Shown here in pieces: positions 27,132 to 40,920 of a stretch of DNA of 64,000 nucleotides. The stretch is taken from contig OX597823.1 of assembly GCA_951406725.2 (NCBI GenBank), positions 43,524,001-43,588,000 of the forward strand, written 5' to 3'. Position 1 is the first letter of the stretch; every line of letters begins with the position of its first letter. A model generated the notes under the pieces. The model saw nothing but the letters and a program-made list of their open reading frames with translations. It ran no database searches and had not been told where the DNA came from. The position numbers were made by a program, and so were the translations under genes. The stretch is from Octopus vulgaris. Lineage: Eukaryota.

Positions 27132-30100
27132 TCACCGCCGTCGTCAACATCATTGTTATTGTTGTTGTTGTTGCTATTGTTGTTGATATCACTTGTCATT
27201 GATACTTCTAATCGAATTGTCAGTCTTCGATAATTGCATAGTTTTTTATTGTCGTCATTGTTCAAAGTATACAGATGTTTAATCCTGCTACATCGATTTG
27301 AATATTCCAAAGTCTGACCTGGTTTAGAATATTCTGAATAGATTACAGGCGTATTATTATTGCACCTTTTTTCCTATTCAAGTTTCATAATGCTGACATA
27401 ACTTCATGTTTACTCTAATATTTCACAATGCTGTGCTTATACCACCTCTTTTTATCTTTTAGGGGTTTATAAAGTTGTTTAGCACCAGTTGTTTAGCACT
27501 GGGTCCATGCAGTCGACTTCTCAGTCTCCTGAATATTGCTGGCCTTGTGCCAAAATTAGGAAGAAACGTTTCATGATACCGGTATAGTTTAATGTTTATA
27601 TTACTTATATTGCTTCTTTTCTGCTATTTCATAATGCTAACTTTACTTTCAAAGTACATAACACGACTCTATTATGTGTTTAAGCAGCGGGAGAAATTGT
27701 GACTGTTTATTTCCAATATATTCTGCAGTGTGCAAATTTATTGTGGTTCCTGATAAAAGGTGTTTTTGATCCTCTGCTGTTATCAACATTCCTCAGACTC
27801 AGCTGCCATCCTGCGATTCCAAGCCGCTGTTACGAATTTTCTTTTTCCTTTCTCAATCACTTCACTTCCTTTCACTCTCTTAGATTTCTTGGCCCTATTG
27901 ATATATTTCCTGTTATGGCTTTCCCCAACATTATGCAGCTCTATTTTTTTTGCTTAGTGTTTAGGTTTTGCATCTTTTATATGGTTTACAACGTGCTTGA
28001 TGTGAAAACGTGTGTCAAAACAGATTTTGTGATATACTGGAAAGGCCATTATTCCAATAGTAATGACAGGCACAGTTTCGATTTCACTTATTTTATTATT
28101 ATTTCTCAATTAGCTAACCAATTAACTGATCCATTGCTTCATTAATCATTCGGTCGATCAATCAGCTAGATTTGTCAATGTCCTTTCATTGCCATCCCCG
28201 ACCACTACAATGACCTGCCCACTTATAGCAGATCTGTCTGTCTCCAAGTTTTCAGATTGTTCACAATTTCTATTCTTTGGAGTTTTTCCTTTATGATTAT
28301 CAGTCTTCATTTTATCTGTTTTATTAGTTTTAGCTTCTTTTAAGACATAAAACAGTTTTTAAACTTGTACTTCATCACTATTTCTACTTCTCTATCATTG
28401 TTGTTTTTAATTATTGTTTAATAAGAATTTTAATGTCTTCTAATAATTTTCACGTTGCATAAACCCTCTACTCTCCAATATTTGTAGTAAATGTAGACAT
28501 TCTGTATTAGATTTTAAGTGACAGTTACAACGGTTATTTTCCTTTACGTTTCCGACCAGTCTTGCTTTATTTTCTTCATAGATGGAAAGCAAAAACTTGT
28601 ACTTTCAAAGAATTAATAATTAAAGTAAATGTAAAACGCTAGATTGTTTAAAGCTGTACTCAGCTTTTTTCGTACCGTCGAAACATCTTTTGACAGACTA
28701 TGCACAAAAATACTAGTATAGATAAAAACGCTGGGAATAATCATCCGTCTACTCATCATTTTTGCAAATGTTAAACAGCAAACAACAATGGAGGCAGTAG
28801 ACAACCCTGAAGCAGAACATTTCGTTTTGTTTATTTTTGGTTTTATTTTTTGTTTTGTTTTATATTTTCCTTGAGGGGCTCTTTTTCTTACCCAACATAA
28901 AAAAAGCATTTACTTTAGAATATGTTCTCGTCGCAGCTCTTCAGAGAAAATTTTTTTGCACATTGTGCTAAACTTATTTTCAAACTTTCTGTAATTCTTA
29001 TCGACTTTCAAAAACATAAAGATAAGATTTTTCTTCAAAATATACTAAAAATCAAAGTAAGACAAACGTTTATTTATTATCTTTTTTTTATATTTTAGAA
29101 GAAATTGTTTTGAAACTAATTTACATTGGAGAGATAAGCTTTTAAAGTTTCAATAGAACAGTACCACGTACATCGACTATTACATTCCAATATACAGACA
29201 AACAGACAGGCGGACATATAGACAGATATAGATATATAGATAAGTATGCATGTATGTATGTGTATTTTTGTGTGATATATATATGTTTGCATGTATGTAT
29301 GTATGTATGTATATATGTATGTATGTATGTATGTATGTAAGTATACACATACAAACGCACACACACACATATATATATATACATATATATACATACTTAC
29401 ATATACACACAAATGAAAATATGTGTATGTAAAAATATATGTGTGTGCTCGCGCACGAACTTGTGTGTGTGTCTGTGTGTGTGTATGTGTGTACGTATAT
29501 ATGTACACACACAGTTATTTACATGTATACGTACAAATTCAAGTCTGTATGTGTTTGTGTGTATTGGCTGTTGAATAACTCCAAATGACAGCTATGCTTG
29601 CATAACGGTTGAATTGTCTTCTTGTAGAATTCGTTCGACCTGCACCAAAATTACGCATCGCTTCAAATATTAGACCAAAGTTTGGAATAACCAAAGTGCT
29701 TTCTACATATGAAGCTCTTCTCAAAAACATTTCAACATCTTTGCTTTCTGTTCGTCATCCTTCAGCTAATTATTTAGTTATTGCTTTTCTGGTTATCATT
29801 TTTGATTTTTTTTGTTGTAGAAGTTCTCTCTCTCTTCACCAACTTCTTATCTCATACTTTTATTTTTAATTCTTATAGTTTGTTCTCACTTCTCTTCGAA
29901 TCTATGGTTTTTGTTTTGTTCTCCTCTTTCGTTCTCCCTCCCTTTCTTCGATTATTATTCTTCGTTTTTTTTTTTTGTTTGTTTGTTTTTTTTTCTTTTC
30001 ATGAGTGTGAGATTTTATTTTTTAGCTTACGCTCAAAAAAACTGTACCTAATACAATTTTCTACAGAATGTCGTCTGCAATTGCATTGTCAGTCACTGCA

Positions 30101-30199
30101 CTTTTATTTTTATAAATAATTACTTCTTACGAAGCAGAGATCCCCTACTTTTTTGTCCAGAAAGCACGAAGGATGAAGTTACAACATACATTCGAAAAC

Positions 30200-30385
30200 A
30201 GTAGATCGGTAGAATCCTTGGCACGTCGGAAAACATGCTTAGTGGCATATCTTCCGACTCTTTACATTCTGAGTTCAAATGCCGCCAAAGTCAACTTTGT
30301 CCTTTATCCCTTCTATACCGATAAAATAAAGTATCACAGAAGTATTGGGGTAGATGTAATCGACTTGCACCTTTTCCCTCAAGGA
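30200..30385 (+). mobile_element. Degenerate SINE family A
   Basis: atgcttagtggcat..ttctgagttcaaatgccgccaaagtcaacttt..gatgtaatcgact. Confidence 0.65.
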
Positions 30386-31902
30386 TAATGTGATCTCGGT
30401 CATTTATATGCCATCTAAACTCGATAAGCAGTGTTGAGTCTTAGAGCTTGAGAAAATAAAATAACATTCCTGCCTTGTATATCAAGTCATTGTATACATC
30501 TTTCTGTTTTTCGTTTGATGTTTCAGTTGACTTGTTACTGTAACTCTCTTATTAATCGATTCCTCTACTAGTTGCTCTGTTTAGTGAGAAAATAATGACT
30601 TGTTAATTCGGTGAGTAAATGTTTTGTTAGCTGTATGAATTTTCTGGCAGATTTGCCAGAGAAATTTTATTAAGCATCCTATACTTCTCAGAATATAGTT
30701 CTTTAACCATATATTCGAGTTGCATTTCATTTCAATCAATTAACTCATAAATATAAGATATATTTCCCTCAAACAATCCTTAAATCTCCAAATTCACGCA
30801 CGAAAGCAGTTTGCAATTTAAGAGTTTAAATAATTCATCGAAGCCAGAGATTTATATGCGAACATGAAACAACAGACTTATATTAAGGCATGTTAAAATG
30901 AATAGCATAAAAGACGAAGATTAATAGTTTTTATGCAAAATATTTAGGCTGTGCATTTCAAATATTTATAGAGTGTAATTACCGATGAAAAATCTGCATA
31001 ATTATTTTAATGTGTATTTATAATATTTAAATGGGAATTAAGTCACTTCCTGTTTTCTCTATCTCTATAACGTAATTCATATCGTGATATTTTAAACATT
31101 TTTCTTTCAAAATTCTCTTTGGCATTGATGAATGCAATATAATTTATGAGCTATAGCAATAAAGAGGTGATGAGTGGGAAAAAATAGTGAGTCACTGCAT
31201 TAAATGACAAATATTATATTTAGTTTCCGCCTTTCTAATTTGAAATCCTGTCATGTCCGACTGTACCTTTCATCCCTATGGGTTAAGTAAAAATAAATGG
31301 CTCGAATGTGGATCGTTTCAATCGACAACTCGTCTCCACTGCAAAAGCTGGATGTGCGCCAAGTTGAAATGGAATCAATATAGAGAGATTCTAAATAACA
31401 GAAGGTCGTCACTGCAGTTTGACATTGATAAATTTCAGGCCAAAATAATATTTATCTTCTAATTATTTCAGTCATTCGACTGGGGCCAGACGACCACGTG
31501 CTTTCGGGTTCAGCCCCGTTGCGTGGCACTTAATCCGGATCGACAAATACAACATATTTGGTAGACAGAAACTGAATGGAATCTCATCGTGTGTGTATAT
31601 ATATATAAAACAAAACAAGAAATTGGCGATTTTGGGGTATTATTTATTCACCATTACACATGTTTCATAATAGGAATTCCAACGTTTTGCATGTTAGATA
31701 GACATATAAAGAATTTCCAATTAGAAATTCTTCAAACAGAAATAATATAATACAAATTTTACATTTGAATAAAGAGTTTATATTAAGATAATCAGGAACA
31801 GCGCAGACAGCCACGATGAGGGAAGAAAAAAGACACGCATACTCACACATATATACTAGTACATACGCAAATATGTACAAACACACACACACACACACAC
31901 AT

Positions 31903-31986
<84 letters not shown>

Positions 31987-32049
31987 CCCGGGTTGATTCG
32001 GGGTTAACCACAGTAAATAAGGTACTCAATACATAGCAGAGTAAAATTA

Positions 32050-32175
32050 ATTTATTATATAGAAGGAGCTTCTACAGGACTAGAACTGTTTCATTCAAGA
32101 GAAATCTTCAGGAAGCTTCCTGAAGATTTCTCTTGAATGAAACAGTTCTAGTCCTGTAGAAGCTCCTTCTATATA

Positions 32176-32181
<6 letters not shown>
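32050..32181. repeat. Perfect 132-bp palindrome (66-bp arms, no spacer) in a probable Penelope-like remnant
   Basis: Arms checked base by base; centre ggaag|cttcc at 32115/32116; each strand reads CTGAAGA-tttctcttgaat-GAAA. Confidence 0.95.
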
Positions 32182-32226
<45 letters not shown>

Positions 32227-32397
32227 TACCAGATTTAATCTTAGACGTCGATTTAATCGAATAAACTGGTGAAGGTGGTACCCTAGCTGGGTCACAGTCC
32301 AATGGGGGAAATAAGTTTAATGCAAAAAATTCAAACATGGAATGGCACTAACTGTAATATCATGCCTCAGCGCTTTATATTTTTTAAGAAAGTATAA

Positions 32398-32602
32398 GAA
32401 CTGGCAGAATTGTCAGCGCATTGAACACAATGCTTAACGGCATTTCATCCGCTCTTTACATTATGAGCTCAAATTCCGCCGAGGTCAGACTTTCTTTCAT
32501 CTTTTGGGAATCGATGAAATAATGAACGAGTCAAGTGCTGGAGTCAATGTTATCGTAATACCTTCTCCCCTCAAATCTGCAGGCCTTGCACCAAAAGTAG
32601 GA
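32398..32602 (+). mobile_element. Degenerate SINE family A
   Basis: ctggcagaattgtcagc..aaattccgccgaggtc..ggccttgcaccaaa. Confidence 0.7.
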
Positions 32603-33162
32603 GTAAAGAGTTATTCAGTATAACTAATGTCACATACTGTGACAGGTTAAAATTTTCTAGAGTAGTTTAACCAATTTCTTGATATTACTTCAAATATATA
32701 TATTTCATAAATATTTTGGACGTCCTATATATTAAAAAATTCGAGGGCAAACAATATATTATTTCATTGGCGTTCGATTCAGCTCTTCACAACTCCGGAT
32801 CAACCCTGATTGATCAGACCTTTAAACATAGTATTTCAGTCTATTTTAAGCTTTTTTTTTTTAATAGAGCCTATCTAGGACTACACTATTCAACATGTTT
32901 TTCCTTCTTCATGTCGGTAATAATTTGATAAAGATTTTACTGCTATTAGTAAGTAGCCAAACCAATTCGTTTTCTTTATGTATTTTATATACGGTGTATC
33001 TGGGTGCCCAATTTTAAAAAAATAATGTGTATCGAACCAGCATTAAGTAACACTATTATTGATAAGAACCCTACATTAATTTGATATCTGAAACCTACTT
33101 ATATTTTACTCACTCAACACAGTAACATATGATATTATCTCAGGGATTTATTTTATAGATAC

Positions 33163-33382
33163 TCTTTTACTCTTTTACTTGTTTCAGTTATTTGACTGCG
33201 GCCATGCTGGAGCACCGCCTTTAATCGAGCAACTCGACTCTGGGACTTATTCTTTTGTAAGCCCAGTACTTATTCTATCGGTCTGTTTTGCCGAACTGCT
33301 AAGTAACGGGGACATAAACACACCAGCATCGATTGTCAAGCAATGCCAGGGGGACAAACACAGACACGCAAACACACACACT

Positions 33383-33428
<46 letters not shown>

Positions 33429-33592
33429 TACGACAGGCTTCTTTCAGTTTCCGTCTACCAAATCCATTCACAAGGCATTGGTCGGCCCGGGGCTATAGCA
33501 GAAGACAGTTGCCCAAGATGCCACGCAGTGGGGCTGAACTCGGAACCATGTGGTTGGTAAACAAGCTACTTACCACACAGCCACTCCTGCGC
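33163..33592 (-). mobile_element. Full-length tRNA-derived CORE-type SINE family B
   Basis: Minus-strand head ggcgcaggagTGGCTGTGTGG (A box)..ccGAGTTCAGCCC (B box), core-like gcatcttgggcaactgtctt, internal TA/CA tract, (agtaaaag)n tail. Confidence 0.9.
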
Positions 33593-34050
33593 CTATGTAC
33601 AGAAATGTACCTATGTGCAGATATGTACAGAAATATAATTTGTTCCACATAGAATTCCATATTTTTAAACGGAGACACACATTTGATTTTTCTTTAATTT
33701 TTCTATGAGGAGTAATATATACTGTTCTAACGTCAATATATATTTTTTCAGTTACGAGGTTACATGCAATTAATTGAATCCAATACAATCAAAAGCATGG
33801 CTGCGTGGTTAGGAAGATCGCTTAGCAACTAACTTGTTGCAGGTTCAGTTCGAATGAGTGGCACCAAGGGTGGGTGTTTTCTCATATAACTCTGGGCCGA
33901 CCAATACCTTGTAAGTTAATTTGGTATATATATAGAATGGCTGCAATCGGGTGTCTGAATTAAATTAAAGAGTATATATATATATATGTATATGTATATA
34001 TACTCCTTAACTTGTTTATGTCACCCGACTGCAGCCATACTGGAACAGCG

Positions 34051-34139
<89 letters not shown>

Positions 34140-34182
34140 ACATTTCTAAATCTCTCAGAGAGATATAAGCTGTGGTGGTACG

Positions 34183-34288
34183 ATAGAGTAGTTGAATACT
34201 GTCAACTTAATGTGACAGTCCCATGAAGGAAATCACCCTACCGCTATTCAGCCCTAGGAAGCATCAACGCAGTATTCAACTACTCTAT
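34183..34288. repeat. 19-bp perfect inverted repeat around a 68-bp spacer
   Basis: atagagtagttgaatactg 34183-34201 / cagtattcaactactctat 34270-34288. Confidence 0.85.
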
Positions 34289-34759
34289 AGTATTCAACTA
34301 GTATTTATATATGATTATTACCAACAACAGCTGTTTTAATACCAAAAGTTGCTAAAAGTCGATGTCGCCATAATTATTTTTTGATAAGCCCACTGGCTAT
34401 TCGCGACACCTGTTTAAGTACTGAAATTCCATGTATGTCGCTAGCAGATATATCACTGCTATCTCCAGCGTTCGAGCACCTACCATAAAGAAGGTCAAGG
34501 AAGGCCGACCACATGATGGAGTAGTCTCGGCGGCGGCGATCGCGGATGATTTATTTCCCCACTAGCGATGTAAACAAGATCGAAAACCAATATGAGAGTT
34601 TCTCTCATGGTAACTACTGCAGTATTTTGTGTAGTAGCACAACTTGCAACGCAATCAAAATAAATAGAGTAAGAAGAGAATTTGGTTGGCAACCTAGACA
34701 TTTCAGCAAAATCTCACTCATACACCTGTCTTTGTCTTTTGTTTTTTCTGTAAATTCGA

Positions 34760-34830
<71 letters not shown>

Positions 34831-34862
34831 GATCAAAATAAAAACATGATGCGAAGGATTCA

Positions 34863-34940
34863 GCGGTACATATGTTTCGGGCCTTTATTAGACAGATTTA
34901 TAACAATGCATAATGTATGTCTGTGGCCTTCTTCAGCCGC
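34863..34940 (-). ncRNA. Type I hammerhead ribozyme, best-preserved copy in the window
   Basis: Minus strand GCGG-CUGAAGA-aGGCC...GGCCc-GAAA-CAUAUG-UA-CCGC: 4-bp G:C stem I, stem II, palindromic stem III, GUA cleavage triplet. Confidence 0.75.
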
Positions 34941-35157
34941 GCACAACAGCTTCCACAAGGACATGTGTTACATCAAAAATTCTTGGTTGGGGATGCAAAT
35001 CCTCTCATTCGCGTACGACATAATGCGACAGCAGCATAGAATTGAAGCGTCCATCTCTTTCTTCTCTCAATGTAGAATGAGGAAAATTGGATGTTGAAGT
35101 AATGTAAATGAATAAATACATATATAGACGTGAAGATGGAGGGGCGAGAGTTCAGGA

Positions 35158-35213
<56 letters not shown>

Positions 35214-35445
35214 TTTTGGACACACATTTCCCTAGAAATCAACATATACTTTCTCACTGTCGCCTGTATATTCCGAAAGCATAATTTTCCCAAATAAAGA
35301 ACACTTCACATTCAAAGCTCCAATGAAGCTGTAGGATGTTATCCGAGTACTGAACTAAGAGCCCACTGCATCTTATAAGTAGAAACTTTTGTAAGCCAAT
35401 GAAGTTCATTACATAACCTTTGTTTTTCCGGTGTCATCTGTTTTT

Positions 35446-35518
<73 letters not shown>

Positions 35519-36230
35519 ATATATATATGTGTGTGTGTGTATCTGTGTGGGGAATATTTTTGTGTATTTTGCTTGTCACGCCACCACCATCGCTTGACAA
35601 GCGATATTGTTTTGTTAACGTCCTCGTGGCTTAGTGGCACTGCGAAAGGTATGGATAAATACCAGACTTCAAATTAATTAAAAGATAAAACATAATTACT
35701 GCGATCGATATGTTCTAGTAAAACCCTTCGAGAAGGTGCCACGCCCCTTGTCGGCATTGTAAGGTTTGGAACAAGTGAAATGTGAATGGTCGATTGACAT
35801 TACTCTTATATTGAAAAATATGGAAAAAATCTCGCCAAACCATGTTCGTCATCAAATTTTATTTTGTGACGGACTGGTTGAGTTGTGGGTTAAAAAGATA
35901 TGGTTGCCATGCTGCTTTATATTCCCATCCTACCAGATTTGTAGCAAGAAAGTCTGAAAAAAAACTTGACTTATATGTTATCCTTAGACAGAACACATGA
36001 TGTATATGATTGCGACTATGCTATAGGGCTAATGTCGAAACAATTTTACCCTTAATGCTACAGAAGACAATTATCCCAGATATCACTTAGTGGAATCGAA
36101 CTTGGAATCTTGTGTTAGCGACGCAACCTAAACCACACTGCTAAGCCTAAATAATAGGACATCAGATCAGTCGCCTCATCTGTCTCAGAAAACGCACTAC
36201 AAGGTAACTATGCTGCTGCTGCTGCTGCTG

Positions 36231-36320
<90 letters not shown>

Positions 36321-36638
36321 ACTGTCACTGCCGTTGCTGCTGTTAAAAGTTATTTCTGCTGCTCTGAAGAGGCCATAAAAAGTTAATAAAGCTGACCAGG
36401 CATTGAACAGTGTGTCTCTATTCATAAACAGTCAAGTGGTTGTCAACAGACAGAGCGATTAAAACATGAAAGCTGTTATTTTTTTTCGTGATGAATTTTT
36501 ATGTTTGCGAATATTTTCTGTACATTAAGTATTTAAAAATGAAAACAAAACAACATATTTTAATATCCATTGAGCCATCTGTGTTAATATGTCACATAAA
36601 TGATGAGAAGCTCGAAGTATAGAGGATGACGATAATTA

Positions 36639-36682
36639 CGATGATGATGATGATGATGATGACGATGATGACGACGATGATG

Positions 36683-36744
<62 letters not shown>
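36639..36744. repeat. (GAT)n microsatellite
   Basis: Direct reading; similar tract at ~48030-48133. Confidence 0.95.
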
Positions 36745-36745
<1 letters not shown>

Positions 36746-36880
36746 GGATATTTAAGCAATTAACACCTTTAGCATAATTGTGGCAATAATATAGAAGAAC
36801 CAATATAAGGCAATGAGCCTAGGTATAGAGATTGCATGCAGGTATATAAACGTATATAGGCATAAATATATATATGTATG

Positions 36881-36931
<51 letters not shown>

Positions 36932-36943
36932 TATATATTGGTA

Positions 36944-37038
<95 letters not shown>

Positions 37039-37467
37039 GCACATTCACGCAGAAGCATATATATCAATATATGAACACACATGCATATACACTCATATGT
37101 GTACACACATAAAACGTATCTATTTATCATTATTAATGTTTCGGCATATAAGAACATAGATATCCTATCGCTATTGTGTTTTGCCAACGAACAACACCTC
37201 CTATTGTTCTTTGATGTGTGTAGTTTTGACTGATGAAGCACATAATAAGGTCGATAACCATGGGGTTTCAAAGTTCTTTTACACTATTAGATCACGTGTA
37301 TATGACAATATATCGCGTAATGGTTACAGATGTTCTCTGTTACGTTAAACAACAGCGATCAGATAGTCATGGTCAACGCGCTCAGAACATATTACGTAGA
37401 ATAGAAACTGCTAAAACGTTATACATTAGATTTTCTCTGTTCCGTTATGTATGTAAGTATGTACATG

Positions 37468-37515
<48 letters not shown>

Positions 37516-37603
37516 TGTACGTACGTACGGTTTTATGTATGCATGTTTACTCATGTACGTGTTTACGTGGGTATAAGTCACATTATTATATATTATCATT
37601 ATA

Positions 37604-38871
37604 TCAGGTCATCCCATAAGTTCTGTCCGAAATTTGAATTAAGAAAACAAGTGATCAAATGTTATATTTAATTGAAATTTAATCATCAGTGTACTTTCCT
37701 TGATAATCTATGACTTCATTCCATCTATTTACAAGCTTTTTAATCCCATCAATGTAAAACTCGTTTGGTTTCAAAGCGAAGAACTATGAAATGTCAGTTT
37801 CGACCTCCTCTTGGCTTGCGAAAGTCATGTCACCCAAATGATTTTGTAAACAACGAAACAAATGGTAGTCTGAGGGAGCAAGGTCGGGAGAATAAGGTGG
37901 ATGAGGATTTTTTTCCCAACCAAGCTCTTCAATCTTCTGTGATGTGATATTTGCAGTGTGGGGTCGCGCATTGTCCTGATGAAACATTCACCTCTTTTCG
38001 ATTCACTAAAGCGAGTATTTTTTTTCTTCAAAGCGTGTTTCAAATTGCTGACAGTAGACTTGAGCATTGATTGTTGCATTAGGTGGCAACAATTGAAAGT
38101 GAATTACTCCTTTGCAATCCCATTAGATAAAGAGAAGAACCTTTTTCCCGTGAAGTCCCCTTCTCGGTTTGGTTGAGCTTTTTCCCTTTTACCAAGACAC
38201 TATTTACGACGTTTAACATTTCGATAGAAGACCCATTTTTCGTCTCCAGTCATAAGTCTATCTAAAAAGGGTGAAATGAGTACGCGAGATTGGAGAGAAG
38301 AGCAGATTTCAACTTGGAATTTGCTTTTGCTTTTGGAAAATTCAGGAGACACCCATTTTGCAAGTTTAGGAACCTTTCCAAGTTGTTGATGATGACGTTG
38401 AACAGTTAAATGGTATGAATTAAGTTTTATTGCCAATTCTTCAACTGATAATGCAGGAGTTTCTTCAAGTAATTCCTCAAGGTGCTTATCATCAAACTGG
38501 ACGTCCTGTTCGATCTTCATCTTCAAGGCTGAAATCTCCACTTCTGAATTGTGCAAACCATCTTCTGCAAGTTCTTTCATTCAAGCATTCTTTCCCATAA
38601 ACTGAGTGTTTGTTTCGAGTCGCTTCGGCTGCAGAGTTTCCGTTTTTGTAGTCTTAAAGCATTATGTGCCTCAAATGCTCTTAGGATAATTCCATGTTAG
38701 AAAGGGTTTTAATCAAAGAAATTCTAATTCTGTAAAATAGTATTTAATTAGTTTAAATGTACACAAATGCATAAAAATAATTTTTAATTCCATTAGACAT
38801 TCTGAAATACTATTAAATTTCATTCAATTTTAAAAAAGGTAAAATCGGACAGAACTTATGGGATGACCTGA
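37604..38871 (-). mobile_element. Full-length mariner (DD34D) transposon, 1268 bp, perfect 27-bp TIRs, TA TSD
   Basis: tcaggtcatcccataagttctgtccga at 37604-37630 and its reverse complement at 38845-38871, with TA on both sides. Confidence 0.95.
37679..38695 (-). pseudogene. Mariner transposase pseudogene
   Basis: CRRWFAQFRSGDFSLEDEDRTGRP, KWVSPE, MTGDEKWVFY, HQDNARPH-34aa-YSPDLAPSDYHLF; multiple stops and frameshifts. Confidence 0.9.
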
Positions 38872-40451
38872 TAGTAGTGTGTGTATGTGTATATTACCGA
38901 CCAGGCAGTATAACGCAAAATAATAACTATTCCCACTTAAAAGTGGATGTTCAGTTAGAACAAAATTTACTGCAGTAGATACCATGAGGTAAATTCTCAT
39001 ATTGGCTTTTGGTGAAAAATGCACGCTTGTTTATATCGCTAACAGTGAGATATATCCCCGCTATCACCAGCGCCGAGATCACAAGATCAGTGCCAAAACA
39101 GGCGGTGGTGTCACGAATAGCCATTGAACTTGTTAATATATATATATATATCTCAGTTACAGGTGCAATATTAATACTGAGAGGTAATATTTATCCCCAA
39201 TTAAACGTGAATGGTGCTAGAACAGACTTTGCTCCGTTAGATACCACAAGACAAACTGTCGCACTGGTTTTTGGTGCAAAAATGCGCGCTTGTTTATATT
39301 GCTAGCGGAGAGATAAACATCCGCCAATTATTATAGGGGAATGGATGCTCCAAAGAAGGTAGCAGAGTGTATGATTTCAAGTAGGAACAGAAAGCATGAG
39401 TTCACCAGAAGATAGGAAAACTTCTTTCAAATCCAACCATTGTGTTCAGCACTAAAAATACCGATAACATTCCATTTGCTGCGTGAAGGGCAGGTTAGAA
39501 AAAAGAAACAATTCTGATCTAGACAAGGGTTAGTGGAATCTAGGAGTTGTGCTGAGATATGATAGTATTTGGTGTAGGGTGGATAATAGATTTCTTTAAA
39601 ATAATAACTGTAAAGGGTAGAAATCCCATGGAAACTAAAAATAAAATTATTTTGGAGATTTACGTAGTAGCAAGATGGCCAGAGGAAGTTTTGGAGATGA
39701 TGATAATAGCGTGTCCGCTTTATTATTGTGGCGTACGCATGATAGCGATAACTTTGATATTATGAACGGCAAAGAAGCTCTTGGCAACATAAAACTATAT
39801 GGATCGTTTGAAGGTTGTTTTCAAAGTGAAAACATCAAATACAATCCTTGGTGTAAAATATGAATAGGCTAAGTAAATGCATTCGGATAGAAAACTGACT
39901 AAGAAAAGAAAAAAATAGTAAAGAACAGCGGGATGCAGTTACCCGGTAATGAAGTCATACGGTTCATAAGCTCGGATATTTTATATACTTAGGTGTGATA
40001 GAATTACATAATATAAAGTTTCCTAAAGGAAATATTTACAAAGGAATATTACTGTAGGTGAAATTTAGAAATGGGTGCGTTAAATCTGAGCTAAATGGCA
40101 AAAAATATATAGAAGTTATAAAGACATTGCCCATATCGCTTAAAAGACATGGTGGAACATTGGGAAAGTGAAATAAACAATAGCATTAACTAATATTGGA
40201 AAACTAGGAGAACAATGGCCATATATGGAAACATTACGCTTCCGAATTTATATATTTCGTGTAAAAGATTGTTCACTAATAATTATGCATTATTAAATGG
40301 CTGCCAATAGAGCAATATATAATAGTGTAATATTGGTAGGTAAAAATATCATGACACTGCCTATTGAGAGGAATAAAGATCGGAATGGTTAATACTAAAG
40401 GATTTATAATAGTTGAAGAATTCAAGAGAATCAGAAAAGAGAAGTGTAGGT

Positions 40452-40822
40452 GTAGTTAAGAAGCTTGCGTGGCAATGAAAGGCTTTCAGGTTCAGTCCCA
40501 TTGCACGTACTCTGTGCAAGCTTCTGTCTAACCAAGCCCTTGTGAGTGAATTTGGTAGAAGGAAATTGTGTGGAAACCCATCGTATATCGTATATATATA
40601 ATTTTGTGTGTGTGTGTGTGTGTGTGTGTCTTTGTGTTTGTGTATATCAGCCTACCGAAGTTTTTTAGCCTGTAACTTAGTGGTTTCGGCTAAAGAAACG
40701 GATAGAATAAATACCAGATTTTAAAATAAGTGTTGAGGTATATTTGTTCGACTGAACCCTTCAAAGCAATGTCACAGAATGGTTGTAGCCAATGACTGAG
40801 TCAATTGGAAGATAAAAGATAA
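40452..40822 (+). mobile_element. Diverged SINE family B copy
   Basis: ggttcagtccca..ccttgtgagtgaatttggtaga..ggaaa..(TG)n..gatagaataaatacc. Confidence 0.7.
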
Positions 40823-40920
40823 GAGTATTGCCTTATACTAGCAAGGAAAAACCTGTGATCAGATATTGTTGTACTGGACAAAAAAAGAAAAGCAATTATG
40901 AAAACGTGCATTTTGTAATA

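Noticed and set aside
28310-29115. AT-rich block resembling a non-autonomous DNA transposon
   Set aside because: Could not find matching TIRs or a TSD by eye
33490-33592. tRNA-like A/B boxes
   Set aside because: SINE head; no cloverleaf and continuous with the SINE body, so not a tRNA gene (same for 60650-60727)
39400-40430. Possible very old LINE remnant (FIYLG-like word near 39980)
   Set aside because: Too degenerate to support
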